From Bacteroidota bacterium (GTDB taxonomy: Bacteria; Bacteroidota; Bacteroidia; Sphingobacteriales; Sphingobacteriaceae): a stretch of DNA of 64,000 nt. Where the stretch lies: positions 65,709 to 129,708 of the forward strand of contig JAZKIH010000075.1 in assembly GCA_040384965.1 (NCBI GenBank), in the 5' to 3' direction. This document shows positions 53,776 to 62,649 of the stretch, in pieces. The stretch's first letter is position 1. Every line of letters begins with the position of its first letter. The translations under genes were made by a program, and so were the position numbers. The notes below the pieces were generated by a model. That model was not told where the DNA came from, ran no database searches, and saw nothing but the letters and a program-made list of their open reading frames with translations.

Positions 53776-55089
53776 CTATTCAAGCGATAATGTGCCAGAT
53801 AACTGTTGAAGATTAACTTCCGCCAGTTTAGCCTGGTATTGTGCATTTGTATAGCGTGCACTGGCATCGATATAATTTCTCTGCGCTTCCCGGAATTCGA
53901 GCGGAGCTACACTCCCCAGCCTGAATTTTTCCATAGTTATTTCAAGATTCTGCCTTGCCACCTCAAGATTCTGCTGCTCAAGACGCACCAATTCAAGATT
54001 GGTTTGAAACGTTTGATATATAGAATTTAATTGCGCTGAAATGTTCTGATTAAGCTTTTCGTATTGAAGCTGGGCATTATCAATTTCTATAGACGCGTTC
54101 TTTTCATTTCGTTTCTGAAGAAACCCATTAAATATGTTAATGGATGCTGTCATGCCGTAGTTGAATCCCCGACCCACGGAGTTTCGGGCAAAACCAAGTT
54201 CTGATGTGGATTTGTTGAAATTATATCCCGAATTTAAGAAAACTGTTGGGTAACGACCTGCCTTAACCTGTTTGAGGTTAAGTTCAGCAATTCGCTTGTT
54301 TATTAAAGCGAGTTGTAAATCGGGGCTTTGCTCATTTGCTGAAGTTTGAAGATCGGCAAGGAATATTCTGTTTTGAATGATAATGGTGTCGGTAACAGTA
54401 AAATCTGTGGTTACGTCTCTGGCCATTAACTCATTAAGCCTTATTTTGGTGCCCCGATAGAGATCTATCTGCCTTAGTAAATTGGTAGTGTCTGTATTTA
54501 GGTCGACTGACGCTGCTAATACTTCTAATTTGGCCGCCCTGCCTATCAGATATCTATTCTGTGAATTCTTTAGTCTCAGCCGTGAAATATCTACTGCTCC
54601 ATTTAGCGCCTTTATTTGCTGTTGTTGTTGTACAAGGTCGTAGTAGTTATTCACCACATCTGCCAATGTCGTTTGAACCATAAGCTTGAAGTTGGTTTCT
54701 CCCAATCGTTCCAATTCTTTAAGCTGGTCATATCTCGCAAACATTCCAAACCCATCAAAAACTTGCCAGCTAAATGCCGGTCCGTAAGACAAGTTTGAAT
54801 TCCTTGCCCCATTTCGTTCTTGTGTCACCCCGCTGGAGAGAGTTTGAGTAGTGTTTGACGTTGTATTGTTAGTGCTAAGATTTCCGGTCACTACAGGAAA
54901 CATCCCTGCGTTTGCCCTGCTGACATTCGTTTTGGCGATCTCGATATCGTTTCGGGTTAACCTGATATCATAATTATTTTCAAGAGCAAGTTGTACCGCT
55001 CTTTCGAGTGTCAACCTTTCCTGGGCCTTAACACTGAACGTTGCTAATACACCTATAAACAGGGGTAAAATTATTGTATTCCACTTCAT
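53776..55089 (-). CDS. TolC-family outer-membrane efflux channel
   Basis: The track ORF reaches 55179 and overlaps the RND gene. The ATG at 55089 gives MKWNTIILPLFIGVLATFSVKAQE, a clean signal peptide. Two OEP repeats are present. Confidence 0.9.
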   Translation of the reverse strand: MKWNTIILPLFIGVLATFSVKAQERLTLERAVQLALENNYDIRLTRNDIEIAKTNVSRANAGMFPVVTGNLSTNNTTSNTTQTLSSGVTQERNGARNSNLSYGPAFSWQVFDGFGMFARYDQLKELERLGETNFKLMVQTTLADVVNNYYDLVQQQQQIKALNGAVDISRLRLKNSQNRYLIGRAAKLEVLAASVDLNTDTTNLLRQIDLYRGTKIRLNELMARDVTTDFTVTDTIIIQNRIFLADLQTSANEQSPDLQLALINKRIAELNLKQVKAGRYPTVFLNSGYNFNKSTSELGFARNSVGRGFNYGMTASINIFNGFLQKRNEKNASIEIDNAQLQYEKLNQNISAQLNSIYQTFQTNLELVRLEQQNLEVARQNLEITMEKFRLGSVAPLEFREAQRNYIDASARYTNAQYQAKLAEVNLQQLSGTLSLE

Positions 55090-55126
55090 TGGTAAATTGG
55101 GTATGGAGTCTGCATAAATTAAATAG

Positions 55127-58100
55127 CTAATTGTGCGCCAACTCAAATTTTTCTTCCTTTGTTTCATTTTCTTCGCCAACTTCGGGAAGGTCTTTATGGT
55201 TCTTTGACCACAACGAATAAATTGCCGGAATTACGTAGAGGGTAAGCACCAGAGAGAATAAGGTTCCGCCGATGATGACGATACCCATACTCATCCTGCT
55301 TTTTGCTGCTGCACCCAATGCCAGTGCGATAGGTAAGGCTCCCAAAGCTATGGCTAAGCTCGTCATTAAAATAGGCCGTAAGCGAGCTACTGACGCCTCA
55401 ACGATAGCTTGTTTAAGAGGTATTCCACGTTCTTTGAGCTGATTAGCAAACTCCACGATAAGAATACCATTTTTGGTAACCAGTCCGATGAGCATGATCG
55501 TTCCTATCTGGCTGAAAATGTTCCAGGTTTGCCCAAATAGCCAAAGCGACAAGAAAGCACCGGCAACTGCCATAGGTACGGTAATGATTATGATCAAAGG
55601 ATCTATAAAGCTCTCAAATTGTGCCGCCAGGATAAGATAAACAAGAAGCAAAGCCAATCCAAATGCGAAAAGTGTGTTAGAAGAACTTTCCTGAAAATCT
55701 CTTGACTCGCCGCCTAAAGTTGTTGAGAAAGTATCATCTAATACTTTATCTCTGATTTCCTCCATGGCTGCAATCCCATCGCCGATGCTTTTTCCAGGAG
55801 CCAGGCCTGCTGACACGGTGGCTGATAGAAATCTGTTGTTATGAAATAATTGTGGTGGGCTGCTTCGTTCCTCAACGGTAACAAGGTTATCAAGCTGAAC
55901 CAATTCCCCCTTGTTATTTCGCACAAATGTCGAGGTAAGATCCATCGGATCGTCACGATCTGATTTGGCGTACTGCCCCATCACCTGATATTGTTTACCA
56001 TTCATTATAAAATACCCGAAACGTTGTCCGCTAAGGGCTAACTGCAGTGATTGTGCTACATCCAGAACCGAAACGCCCAGACTCTGAGCTTTGTCGCGGT
56101 CGATCGAGACATTGATTTCAGGTTTATTGAATTTCAAATTGACATCGGTGCTTGAAAATGTTGGATCCTGAGAAGCCTGGGTCATAAACTCAGGTATTTT
56201 TTCCTGCAATTTGGCAAAATTGGGCGCCTGAATAATGAATTGGATGGGTAAACCCCCTCGCCTGTTTACAGCGATTGTTGGCTGTTCCGTAACAAGCGTT
56301 CTTCCGGTGGTGTACTTTTTAGTTATTTTGCTGAGGGCTGTAACAATGTCCTTCTGGCTTCGTTCACGATCGCCCGGATCAACCAGGGCAAGGCGCATGA
56401 AGCCTGAGTTAGCTGAACCAGAGCCACCAAATCCTGGAGCAGTATATATAATGTTCACCTTTTTTTCAGGAATAGAATCATTTACTACTTTGGCCAGCTC
56501 GAGCATGAACCGGTCCATATATTCAAAAGTTGTACCTTCCGGAGCACTGGCTTGCACACTCACAAAACTCCTGTCATCATAAGGAGCAGTTTCTTTTTGC
56601 AGGAGAACCCAAAATAAGGCGATCATCCCTATACAAATGCCGATTATCGGAAAGCTAATCCAACGCTTTGTCATAAAATTCTTTAATGACTCAGAATAAC
56701 CAGTCGTCATCTTTACAAAATACGGCTCAGTAACGTTGTAGAACTTTGATTTCTTTTGTACTCCGCCCTTCATCAGATAGGCATTAAGCATAGGAGTTAG
56801 CGTAAGGGATACAAATGCTGAAATGAGAACGGCAGCACCTATCACTATGCCGAACTCCCGAAAAAGCCGGCCGACAAAACCTTCCAGAAAGATCACCGGA
56901 AGGAAAACCGCTGCGAGTGTTATTGAAATTGAAATAACCGCCCAAAAAATCTCGTTAGAGCCCTTAATTGCCGCCTCAAATGGCGACATTCCCTCCTCAA
57001 CTTTTTTATAAATATTTTCTGTAACAACAATACCGTCATCGACAACCAACCCTGTGGCTAGCACTATAGCGAGCAAAGTAAGTACGTTTACGGAAAACCC
57101 GAAAATGTACATGATAAAGAAAGTAGCGATAAGCGATACGGGAATATCAATAAGGGGTCTGAACGCTATACTCCAATCCCTGAAGAACAGATAAATTATA
57201 AGTATTACCAGGACAAGTGAAATGAGAATAGTTTCCGAAACCTCAACGACAGATTGTTTAATAAACACTGTATTATCAATCACGAGCTCCATCTGAATAT
57301 CCTTTGGAAGTTCTTTCAAAATCTGCTGATAGCGCTCATTAACAAGTTTCGAAATTTCCAGGTAGTTCGTTCCTGGCTGTGGCGTAATTGCAAGCCCAAT
57401 CATTGGAGTGCCGGATTCGCGCATAATACTCTCCATATTTTCTGGAGCCAGCATAGCCTCACCAACATCGCTGAAACGGGTGATCCTGTTCGAATCGGTC
57501 TTTAAAATAAGGTTGTTAAATCCCTCAACAGTATTGAGATTACCAATGGTTTTTATCCCAAGTTCAGTATTATCTCCTGTGAGTTTTCCAGATGGAAGCT
57601 CAACATTCTCGCGAGCCAGGGCATTTCTGACATCAAGCGGTGTTAGACCATAAGCAGATAATTTGGTTGGATCGATCCACAAACGCATTGCGTATCTTTT
57701 TTCACCGTAAATATTCAGACTGCTTACTCCAGGTACGGTCTGAAATCGGGGTACAATTACATTGTCTGCATAGTCACTCAACGACAACGAGCTGCGTGAG
57801 TTGCTCTGAAGCGTAAACGTCATTATGGGCTGTGAATCTGCATCCTGTTTGGATACTATCGGCGGTGCGTTAATATCCTGCGGAAGACTTCTCGCGGCTT
57901 GAGACACTTTATCCCTTATATCATTAGCGGCTTCTTCAAGGTTTTTATCAAGCGTAAATTCAACAGTGATATTGCTGGAACCCTGGCTGCTAGAGGAGGT
58001 TATGTTACGAATTCCGTCAATTGAATTTATTGCTTTTTCCAGCGGCTCGGTGATCTGCGATTCAATCACATCCGAATTCGCTCCCGAATAACTCGTCCTC

Positions 58101-58240
58101 ACTGAAATTACGGGCGGATCAATTGAGGGAAACTCGCGTATCCCCAAAAACGTAAAGCCGATGATTCCAAATAAAACAAGCACCAGATTCATAACAATTG
58201 TCAGAACCGGTCTTTTTATACTGGTGGATGATAAACTCAT
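55127..58240 (-). CDS. RND-family efflux permease (AcrB/HAE1-like)
   Basis: 1037 aa with 12-TM and two-large-loop architecture. The N-terminus SIKRPVLTIVMNLVLVLFGIIGF..REFPSIDPPVISV is typical of AcrB-family pumps. Confidence 0.95.
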   Translation of the reverse strand: MSLSSTSIKRPVLTIVMNLVLVLFGIIGFTFLGIREFPSIDPPVISVRTSYSGANSDVIESQITEPLEKAINSIDGIRNITSSSSQGSSNITVEFTLDKNLEEAANDIRDKVSQAARSLPQDINAPPIVSKQDADSQPIMTFTLQSNSRSSLSLSDYADNVIVPRFQTVPGVSSLNIYGEKRYAMRLWIDPTKLSAYGLTPLDVRNALARENVELPSGKLTGDNTELGIKTIGNLNTVEGFNNLILKTDSNRITRFSDVGEAMLAPENMESIMRESGTPMIGLAITPQPGTNYLEISKLVNERYQQILKELPKDIQMELVIDNTVFIKQSVVEVSETILISLVLVILIIYLFFRDWSIAFRPLIDIPVSLIATFFIMYIFGFSVNVLTLLAIVLATGLVVDDGIVVTENIYKKVEEGMSPFEAAIKGSNEIFWAVISISITLAAVFLPVIFLEGFVGRLFREFGIVIGAAVLISAFVSLTLTPMLNAYLMKGGVQKKSKFYNVTEPYFVKMTTGYSESLKNFMTKRWISFPIIGICIGMIALFWVLLQKETAPYDDRSFVSVQASAPEGTTFEYMDRFMLELAKVVNDSIPEKKVNIIYTAPGFGGSGSANSGFMRLALVDPGDRERSQKDIVTALSKITKKYTTGRTLVTEQPTIAVNRRGGLPIQFIIQAPNFAKLQEKIPEFMTQASQDPTFSSTDVNLKFNKPEINVSIDRDKAQSLGVSVLDVAQSLQLALSGQRFGYFIMNGKQYQVMGQYAKSDRDDPMDLTSTFVRNNKGELVQLDNLVTVEERSSPPQLFHNNRFLSATVSAGLAPGKSIGDGIAAMEEIRDKVLDDTFSTTLGGESRDFQESSSNTLFAFGLALLLVYLILAAQFESFIDPLIIIITVPMAVAGAFLSLWLFGQTWNIFSQIGTIMLIGLVTKNGILIVEFANQLKERGIPLKQAIVEASVARLRPILMTSLAIALGALPIALALGAAAKSRMSMGIVIIGGTLFSLVLTLYVIPAIYSLWSKNHKDLPEVGEENETKEEKFELAHN

Positions 58241-58244
58241 AAGA

Positions 58245-59348
58245 CTAATTTTTTGTAATCTTCACCTTCACTGGACTATCTGGCTTAAGAGCCATGATTC
58301 CCGTTGTTAAAAGTGTGTCGCCGATGCTCAATCCGGACGTTACCAACACTTCCTTCTCGGTTCTGGTACTTGTTTCGATAAGAACTTCAATAGCCTTTCC
58401 GTTCTTGCTTACAAAAACCTTTTTTCCTCGCTCCACAGGCACTACTGCTTCAGACGGAATTAATATGGCGTTAGTTATTTCAGCAAGGGGCAAATCAACC
58501 TTGGTAAACGAGCCCGGAAGCAATGACCCCGACGGGTTAGAAGCTCTAGCAGCAATTTGCAATGTTCTTGACGTGACGTTAATACCCGGATCAATGGCAT
58601 ATACTGTGGCAGTATTTTTACTGCTTGCGCCGGGAGCGGTAAAGCTTATTTGCGATCCGTTTCGAATTTGCTGCGCATATTTTTCCGGAACAGAGAATAT
58701 AATCTTCACCGGATCAATGCTGATGAGGCTGGCAACTACGCTCGACGGCGTAAGATAGCCACCTACAGAAACAGTTTTCAGACCAATGCGGCCGCTAAAT
58801 GGTGCAACCACAACAGTCCTTGAAATCTGAGCGCGTATAAGTTGAGTTGCAGCTTGTAAGGATCGTTTATCCGCGAGGGCAATATCATACTCTTCTTTGC
58901 TTATCGCCTCTTTCTTTAAAAGCATATTTGCCCGTAACTCCGTTTCTGAGGCTAGTTTTTCTCGAGTTAAAGCCTGTGACAACTGGGCTTGCAATTCAAT
59001 ATCGTTAATCTTAAGAAGCGCCTGGCCCCTTCTGACACTACTTCCTTCTTTGAAATAAATACCTTTGATTATTCCAGATACTTCTGATCTAATTTCAATT
59101 TGCTCATTTGCCTCGATCGAACCTGTCACCGATAATGAATTAGAAAAACTTTTAGGTGTTACAACGATGCCATTTACTGGCACAGGAGGAGCTCCTGCAC
59201 CACCCGGGCCACCCGGACCACGAGCTCCACCTCGTCCTCCAGCTTCTCCGCGCTGGCTATTGGCTTTAATTCTATATGCAACAAAAGCACCGAAAAGAAT
59301 TATTAACAGGGTATATACCAGGTATTTAGTCTTCATATATTTTTTCAT
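58245..59348 (-). CDS. RND efflux periplasmic adaptor (membrane-fusion protein)
   Basis: 367 aa. It has an N-terminal TM anchor, a Gly/Pro-rich linker, a lipoyl/coiled-coil hairpin (GQALLKINDIELQAQL..) and a beta-barrel C-terminus. Confidence 0.9.
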   Translation of the reverse strand: MKKYMKTKYLVYTLLIILFGAFVAYRIKANSQRGEAGGRGGARGPGGPGGAGAPPVPVNGIVVTPKSFSNSLSVTGSIEANEQIEIRSEVSGIIKGIYFKEGSSVRRGQALLKINDIELQAQLSQALTREKLASETELRANMLLKKEAISKEEYDIALADKRSLQAATQLIRAQISRTVVVAPFSGRIGLKTVSVGGYLTPSSVVASLISIDPVKIIFSVPEKYAQQIRNGSQISFTAPGASSKNTATVYAIDPGINVTSRTLQIAARASNPSGSLLPGSFTKVDLPLAEITNAILIPSEAVVPVERGKKVFVSKNGKAIEVLIETSTRTEKEVLVTSGLSIGDTLLTTGIMALKPDSPVKVKITKN

Positions 59349-59357
59349 GATGTTATA

Positions 59358-59795
59358 TCAACTTATCGGTTCTGGTACAATATGTAATAAATTATTCTGA
59401 ATGCTGCGGAGCACATCCATGAAAATTACCCTGTCCTTGTCGTTTATGTTTTTAAGTGAATGGTTGTTCAAATCTTCAATAGCCCGGCGTATTACAGGCA
59501 GGTCTTTTTTAGCTTTTAAGGTAAGCTTTATAACCTGCTCCCTTCGGTCATTTGGATTTTTCTCGCGGATTATATATTCCTTGTCGCTCAAATAATCAAG
59601 CATACTTACTAAATATGACTTATCAATATGTAGTAATTCAGCCAGAGCTTTTTGCGATAAATTTTCCTGATGAGCATCAATTAAAACTAAAACGTAGTGA
59701 TACCTGTCTATAGATAGATGAATTAAGCTTTTAGAAAGCCCATACAGATATCTTTTAGTGACTGTTGATAACGCTTGGGCAAGAGACTCTTCCAT
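59358..59795 (-). CDS. MarR-family transcriptional regulator
   Basis: The track start at 59807 is TTG, and the ATG (MEESLAQ) is at 59795. The winged-HTH region is LSQKALAELLHIDKSYLVSMLDYLSDKEYIIREKNPNDRREQVIKLT. It lies 9 nt upstream of the MFP gene. Confidence 0.85.
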   Translation of the reverse strand: MEESLAQALSTVTKRYLYGLSKSLIHLSIDRYHYVLVLIDAHQENLSQKALAELLHIDKSYLVSMLDYLSDKEYIIREKNPNDRREQVIKLTLKAKKDLPVIRRAIEDLNNHSLKNINDKDRVIFMDVLRSIQNNLLHIVPEPIS

Positions 59796-59921
59796 AATAC
59801 TACACAAAGCTATTTGTCTGGCAGCAAATTAGTTGGTTGTAGCAACTATTTTACAGCCGGGAGTTGAGCCTTATTTCAAAAACTTAATTACTAAGGCTAA
59901 ATTTGAAATTTATACTCATTT

Positions 59922-61724
59922 ATGAAATCTACATTCCTTTTGATCTTTATGACCGTCTTCGCAACAACATTAAGTGCGCAGGAAAAAGTAACTTTTAAAG
60001 TTTCTTTCCTGGAACCCAATGCCCATTATGCCGATATTGAGATGGAGATATCCGGCCTCAAACAAGATGAGCTAAATCTTAAAATGCCCGTTTGGACTCC
60101 GGGTTCATACCTTATTCGTGAGTTTGCGAAAAATGTGGAGGGCTTTCAGGTACATGGATCCTCGGGCAGTCCGTTAAGTTTTAATAAAATCAACAAAAAT
60201 ACGTGGCGAATAAATACACTTAAGAATTCGACGATCAGAGTTAATTACCGGGTTTATAGTTTTGAGATCTCCGTACGAACGAGTTTCGTTGATGATTCAC
60301 ATGCTTTTTTATCCCCGGCAGGATTGTTTTTGTATCCGGAAGGGAAGTTAAAGCTTCCATCAACCGTAACCGTTGTACCATATAAAACCTGGAGTAAAAT
60401 ATCTACAGGACTGGAGAAGCATCCGTCTCAGGCAAACACTTACACGGCAGCTGACTTTGATATTTTATATGATTCTCCTATTGAAGTTGGCAACCAGGAT
60501 ATTTTTGAATTTACCGCCGCCGGAGTGAATCATGAGATCGCAATGTATGGTGGTGGAAATTATGACAAAGAAGTCCTCAAACGAGATATTGCGAAGATCG
60601 TTCATGAGCAAACCAAGGTGTTTGGTGTTAATCCGAACAAAAGATATGTTTTTATAGTACATAATTTCAATTCTGGGGGTGGCGGTCTGGAGCATTTAAA
60701 TTCCACTGTTTTAGGCGCCACTAGAAATGCATACAACACACAAGCCGGTCTGTTGCGATTTCTGGGGCTGGTGTCGCATGAATATTTCCATTTATGGAAC
60801 GTCAAGCGGCTTCGTCCAATTGCCCTCGGTCCCTTCAATTACGATGAGGAGAATTATACGAGTAATCTATGGATTGCCGAAGGGTTTACAGCCTACTATC
60901 AGGACATATTCACGCAGCGAGCTGGTCTGCAAAGCCCTGAGCGCTTTGTCGCAAATCTGGCAACGTCGATAAGTTCAGTTGAAAACCAACCGGGAAATAG
61001 AATTCAGTCTGTTAGTGATGCAAGTTTCGACGCATGGATAAAACAGTACCGTCCTAATGAAAACTCTCCCAACTCAACTGTGTCGTATTACAGCAAAGGA
61101 TCATTAATCGCCCTTATAATGGATCTGGAAATCATTAATTCCACTCAGGGAAAGGCCGGCCTCGATGAAGTAATGAAAGCTATGTACGACGAATATTACG
61201 TGAAGCGCAAACGGGGATATACTGACAGTGAATTTAAAGCCATGGCTGAGAAAATTGCAGGACATTCATTAACAAATATTTACGATGAATATATTAATGA
61301 CGTAAAAACTATTGACTACAATAAATATTTAAATTATGCTGGCCTGTCTTTGATAAATGACGCTGCTCAGAGTAACGAGCCATATTTGGGTATCGCCACT
61401 TCGCTAAGGGAAGGCAAAGTGATAATCACGCAGGTTGCTCGTGGAAGCGGCGCGTGGAACAATGGATTGAATGTGAATGATGAAATATTGTCTATTGATA
61501 ATTATGTCATTAATAAAACTTCAGCTGGTAACACAGAAATGCTAAAGTATATTGCTGGCAGAGGGGTTGGGGAAAAAGCCAGGGTTTCTATTGTGAGAGA
61601 TGGGCAGGATAAGGTTATCGAGGTTTCACTTGATAAAAATCCTGCGGTTAAGTATAATATTTCTCCGATAGAAGGAGCGTCCGCGGCCCAGATGGCCGTA
61701 AGAAAACGATGGTTAAAATTGTAA
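59922..61724 (+). CDS. M61-family metallopeptidase (glycyl aminopeptidase-like) with a C-terminal PDZ domain
   Basis: 600 aa with a signal peptide. The zinc motif is HEYFHLWNV, followed by EGFTAYY. The PDZ-like region is GKVIITQVARGSGAWNNGLNVNDEILSIDN. Confidence 0.85.
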   Translation: MKSTFLLIFMTVFATTLSAQEKVTFKVSFLEPNAHYADIEMEISGLKQDELNLKMPVWTPGSYLIREFAKNVEGFQVHGSSGSPLSFNKINKNTWRINTLKNSTIRVNYRVYSFEISVRTSFVDDSHAFLSPAGLFLYPEGKLKLPSTVTVVPYKTWSKISTGLEKHPSQANTYTAADFDILYDSPIEVGNQDIFEFTAAGVNHEIAMYGGGNYDKEVLKRDIAKIVHEQTKVFGVNPNKRYVFIVHNFNSGGGGLEHLNSTVLGATRNAYNTQAGLLRFLGLVSHEYFHLWNVKRLRPIALGPFNYDEENYTSNLWIAEGFTAYYQDIFTQRAGLQSPERFVANLATSISSVENQPGNRIQSVSDASFDAWIKQYRPNENSPNSTVSYYSKGSLIALIMDLEIINSTQGKAGLDEVMKAMYDEYYVKRKRGYTDSEFKAMAEKIAGHSLTNIYDEYINDVKTIDYNKYLNYAGLSLINDAAQSNEPYLGIATSLREGKVIITQVARGSGAWNNGLNVNDEILSIDNYVINKTSAGNTEMLKYIAGRGVGEKARVSIVRDGQDKVIEVSLDKNPAVKYNISPIEGASAAQMAVRKRWLKL

Positions 61725-61730
61725 TAAAAC

Positions 61731-61764
61731 AAGAAAGCAGCTTTTAAGCTGCTTTCTTGTTTTT
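61731..61764. terminator. Bidirectional rho-independent terminator between convergent genes
   Basis: A perfect 11-bp stem AAGAAAGCAGC (61731..61741) pairs with GCTGCTTTCTT (61748..61758) around a 6-nt loop. It is followed by GTTTTT on the plus strand and preceded by an A-run that gives a T-run on the minus strand. It lies between the stops at 61724 (+) and 61763 (-). Confidence 0.85.
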
Positions 61765-62236
61765 ATAGGGTTAAGCGTATCGCAAGTCCTACGTCTCCTG
61801 TGCCGAAATTGGTGTTAGGAGTTAACTCAAGCCGCGGCCTCCAGTCGATGGCCAGGTTTAATGGCACTCCGTCAAACTTGTAGTCTAATCCTAAAACCCC
61901 GTCAGCGCTTAAAAATACGTCGCCTTCGAAATTTTTGGCTTTGTAGGAACCGATACTAGCGCCACCGCCATAATACCAAAGTAGTCCCGGAGCACCATTT
62001 ATTGGATTATGAACTTCATATAGTCCCGTTAGTATAAAACGTTTAAAATTATCATTGCTTCTTACAGACAAATTGAGGTCGAGTGCTTTATTGGTATTCA
62101 GAAAAGTTTTAAAATTCACACCATTATAGGATCCTATTCTTACCCCAATAGCATTTTCATAAGATTGTGCATTTGCATTTGTGCCGCAAAGCAGTAATAA
62201 ACCAGTAGTTAAACAAAGTAATAGTAATTTTTTCAT
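61763..62236 (-). CDS. Small outer-membrane beta-barrel protein
   Basis: 157 aa. The signal peptide ends NANAQ. The rest shows an alternating amphipathic-strand pattern rich in G/Y/N, consistent with 8 strands. Confidence 0.6.
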   Translation of the reverse strand: MKKLLLLCLTTGLLLLCGTNANAQSYENAIGVRIGSYNGVNFKTFLNTNKALDLNLSVRSNDNFKRFILTGLYEVHNPINGAPGLLWYYGGGASIGSYKAKNFEGDVFLSADGVLGLDYKFDGVPLNLAIDWRPRLELTPNTNFGTGDVGLAIRLTL

Positions 62237-62649
62237 CTTAAATAGTTTTTGTGTTAATGGTAATGAAAGTCGCAGGAGATAAAATCAGGGGTGCACCAAT
62301 GATAAAGCCCATGCTATTTCATAATGAATTTATTTTTGCACGGTCATTTCAAATACAATGCCAGTTGCATCGTTACACCTTCAAAATTTTCGTTGCAGAT
62401 AATAATTACATAACGAAGGTTAAGTAATTAACGTATACAGCTCCTTTTTTAGCTTAAGTTCGAGTTGATTGTAAAGGAGCATGCTGGTAAAGCATTCACT
62501 AGTAAAGGGTGCTTTAGGGCATCGTCTACAAAGAATATCTAATCAGTAAAAAAACGTAGCCTGGATAAGCCAGTTTAAAATTTCTCATTTCCACATGCTT
62601 ATTTTCATTAAATTGCTAAATTTCCTCTAGCAAGTACTTTACATAGCAT

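Noticed and set aside
55090-55179. An N-terminal extension of the TolC ORF (MAKKMKQRKK...).
   Set aside because: It overlaps the end of the RND gene. The ATG at 55089 yields a canonical signal peptide.
59065-59400. A plus-strand 111-aa ORF with a PGPPGPRAPPRPP tract.
   Set aside because: It is antisense to the Gly/Pro-rich linker of the MFP gene. It has no start context or motifs.
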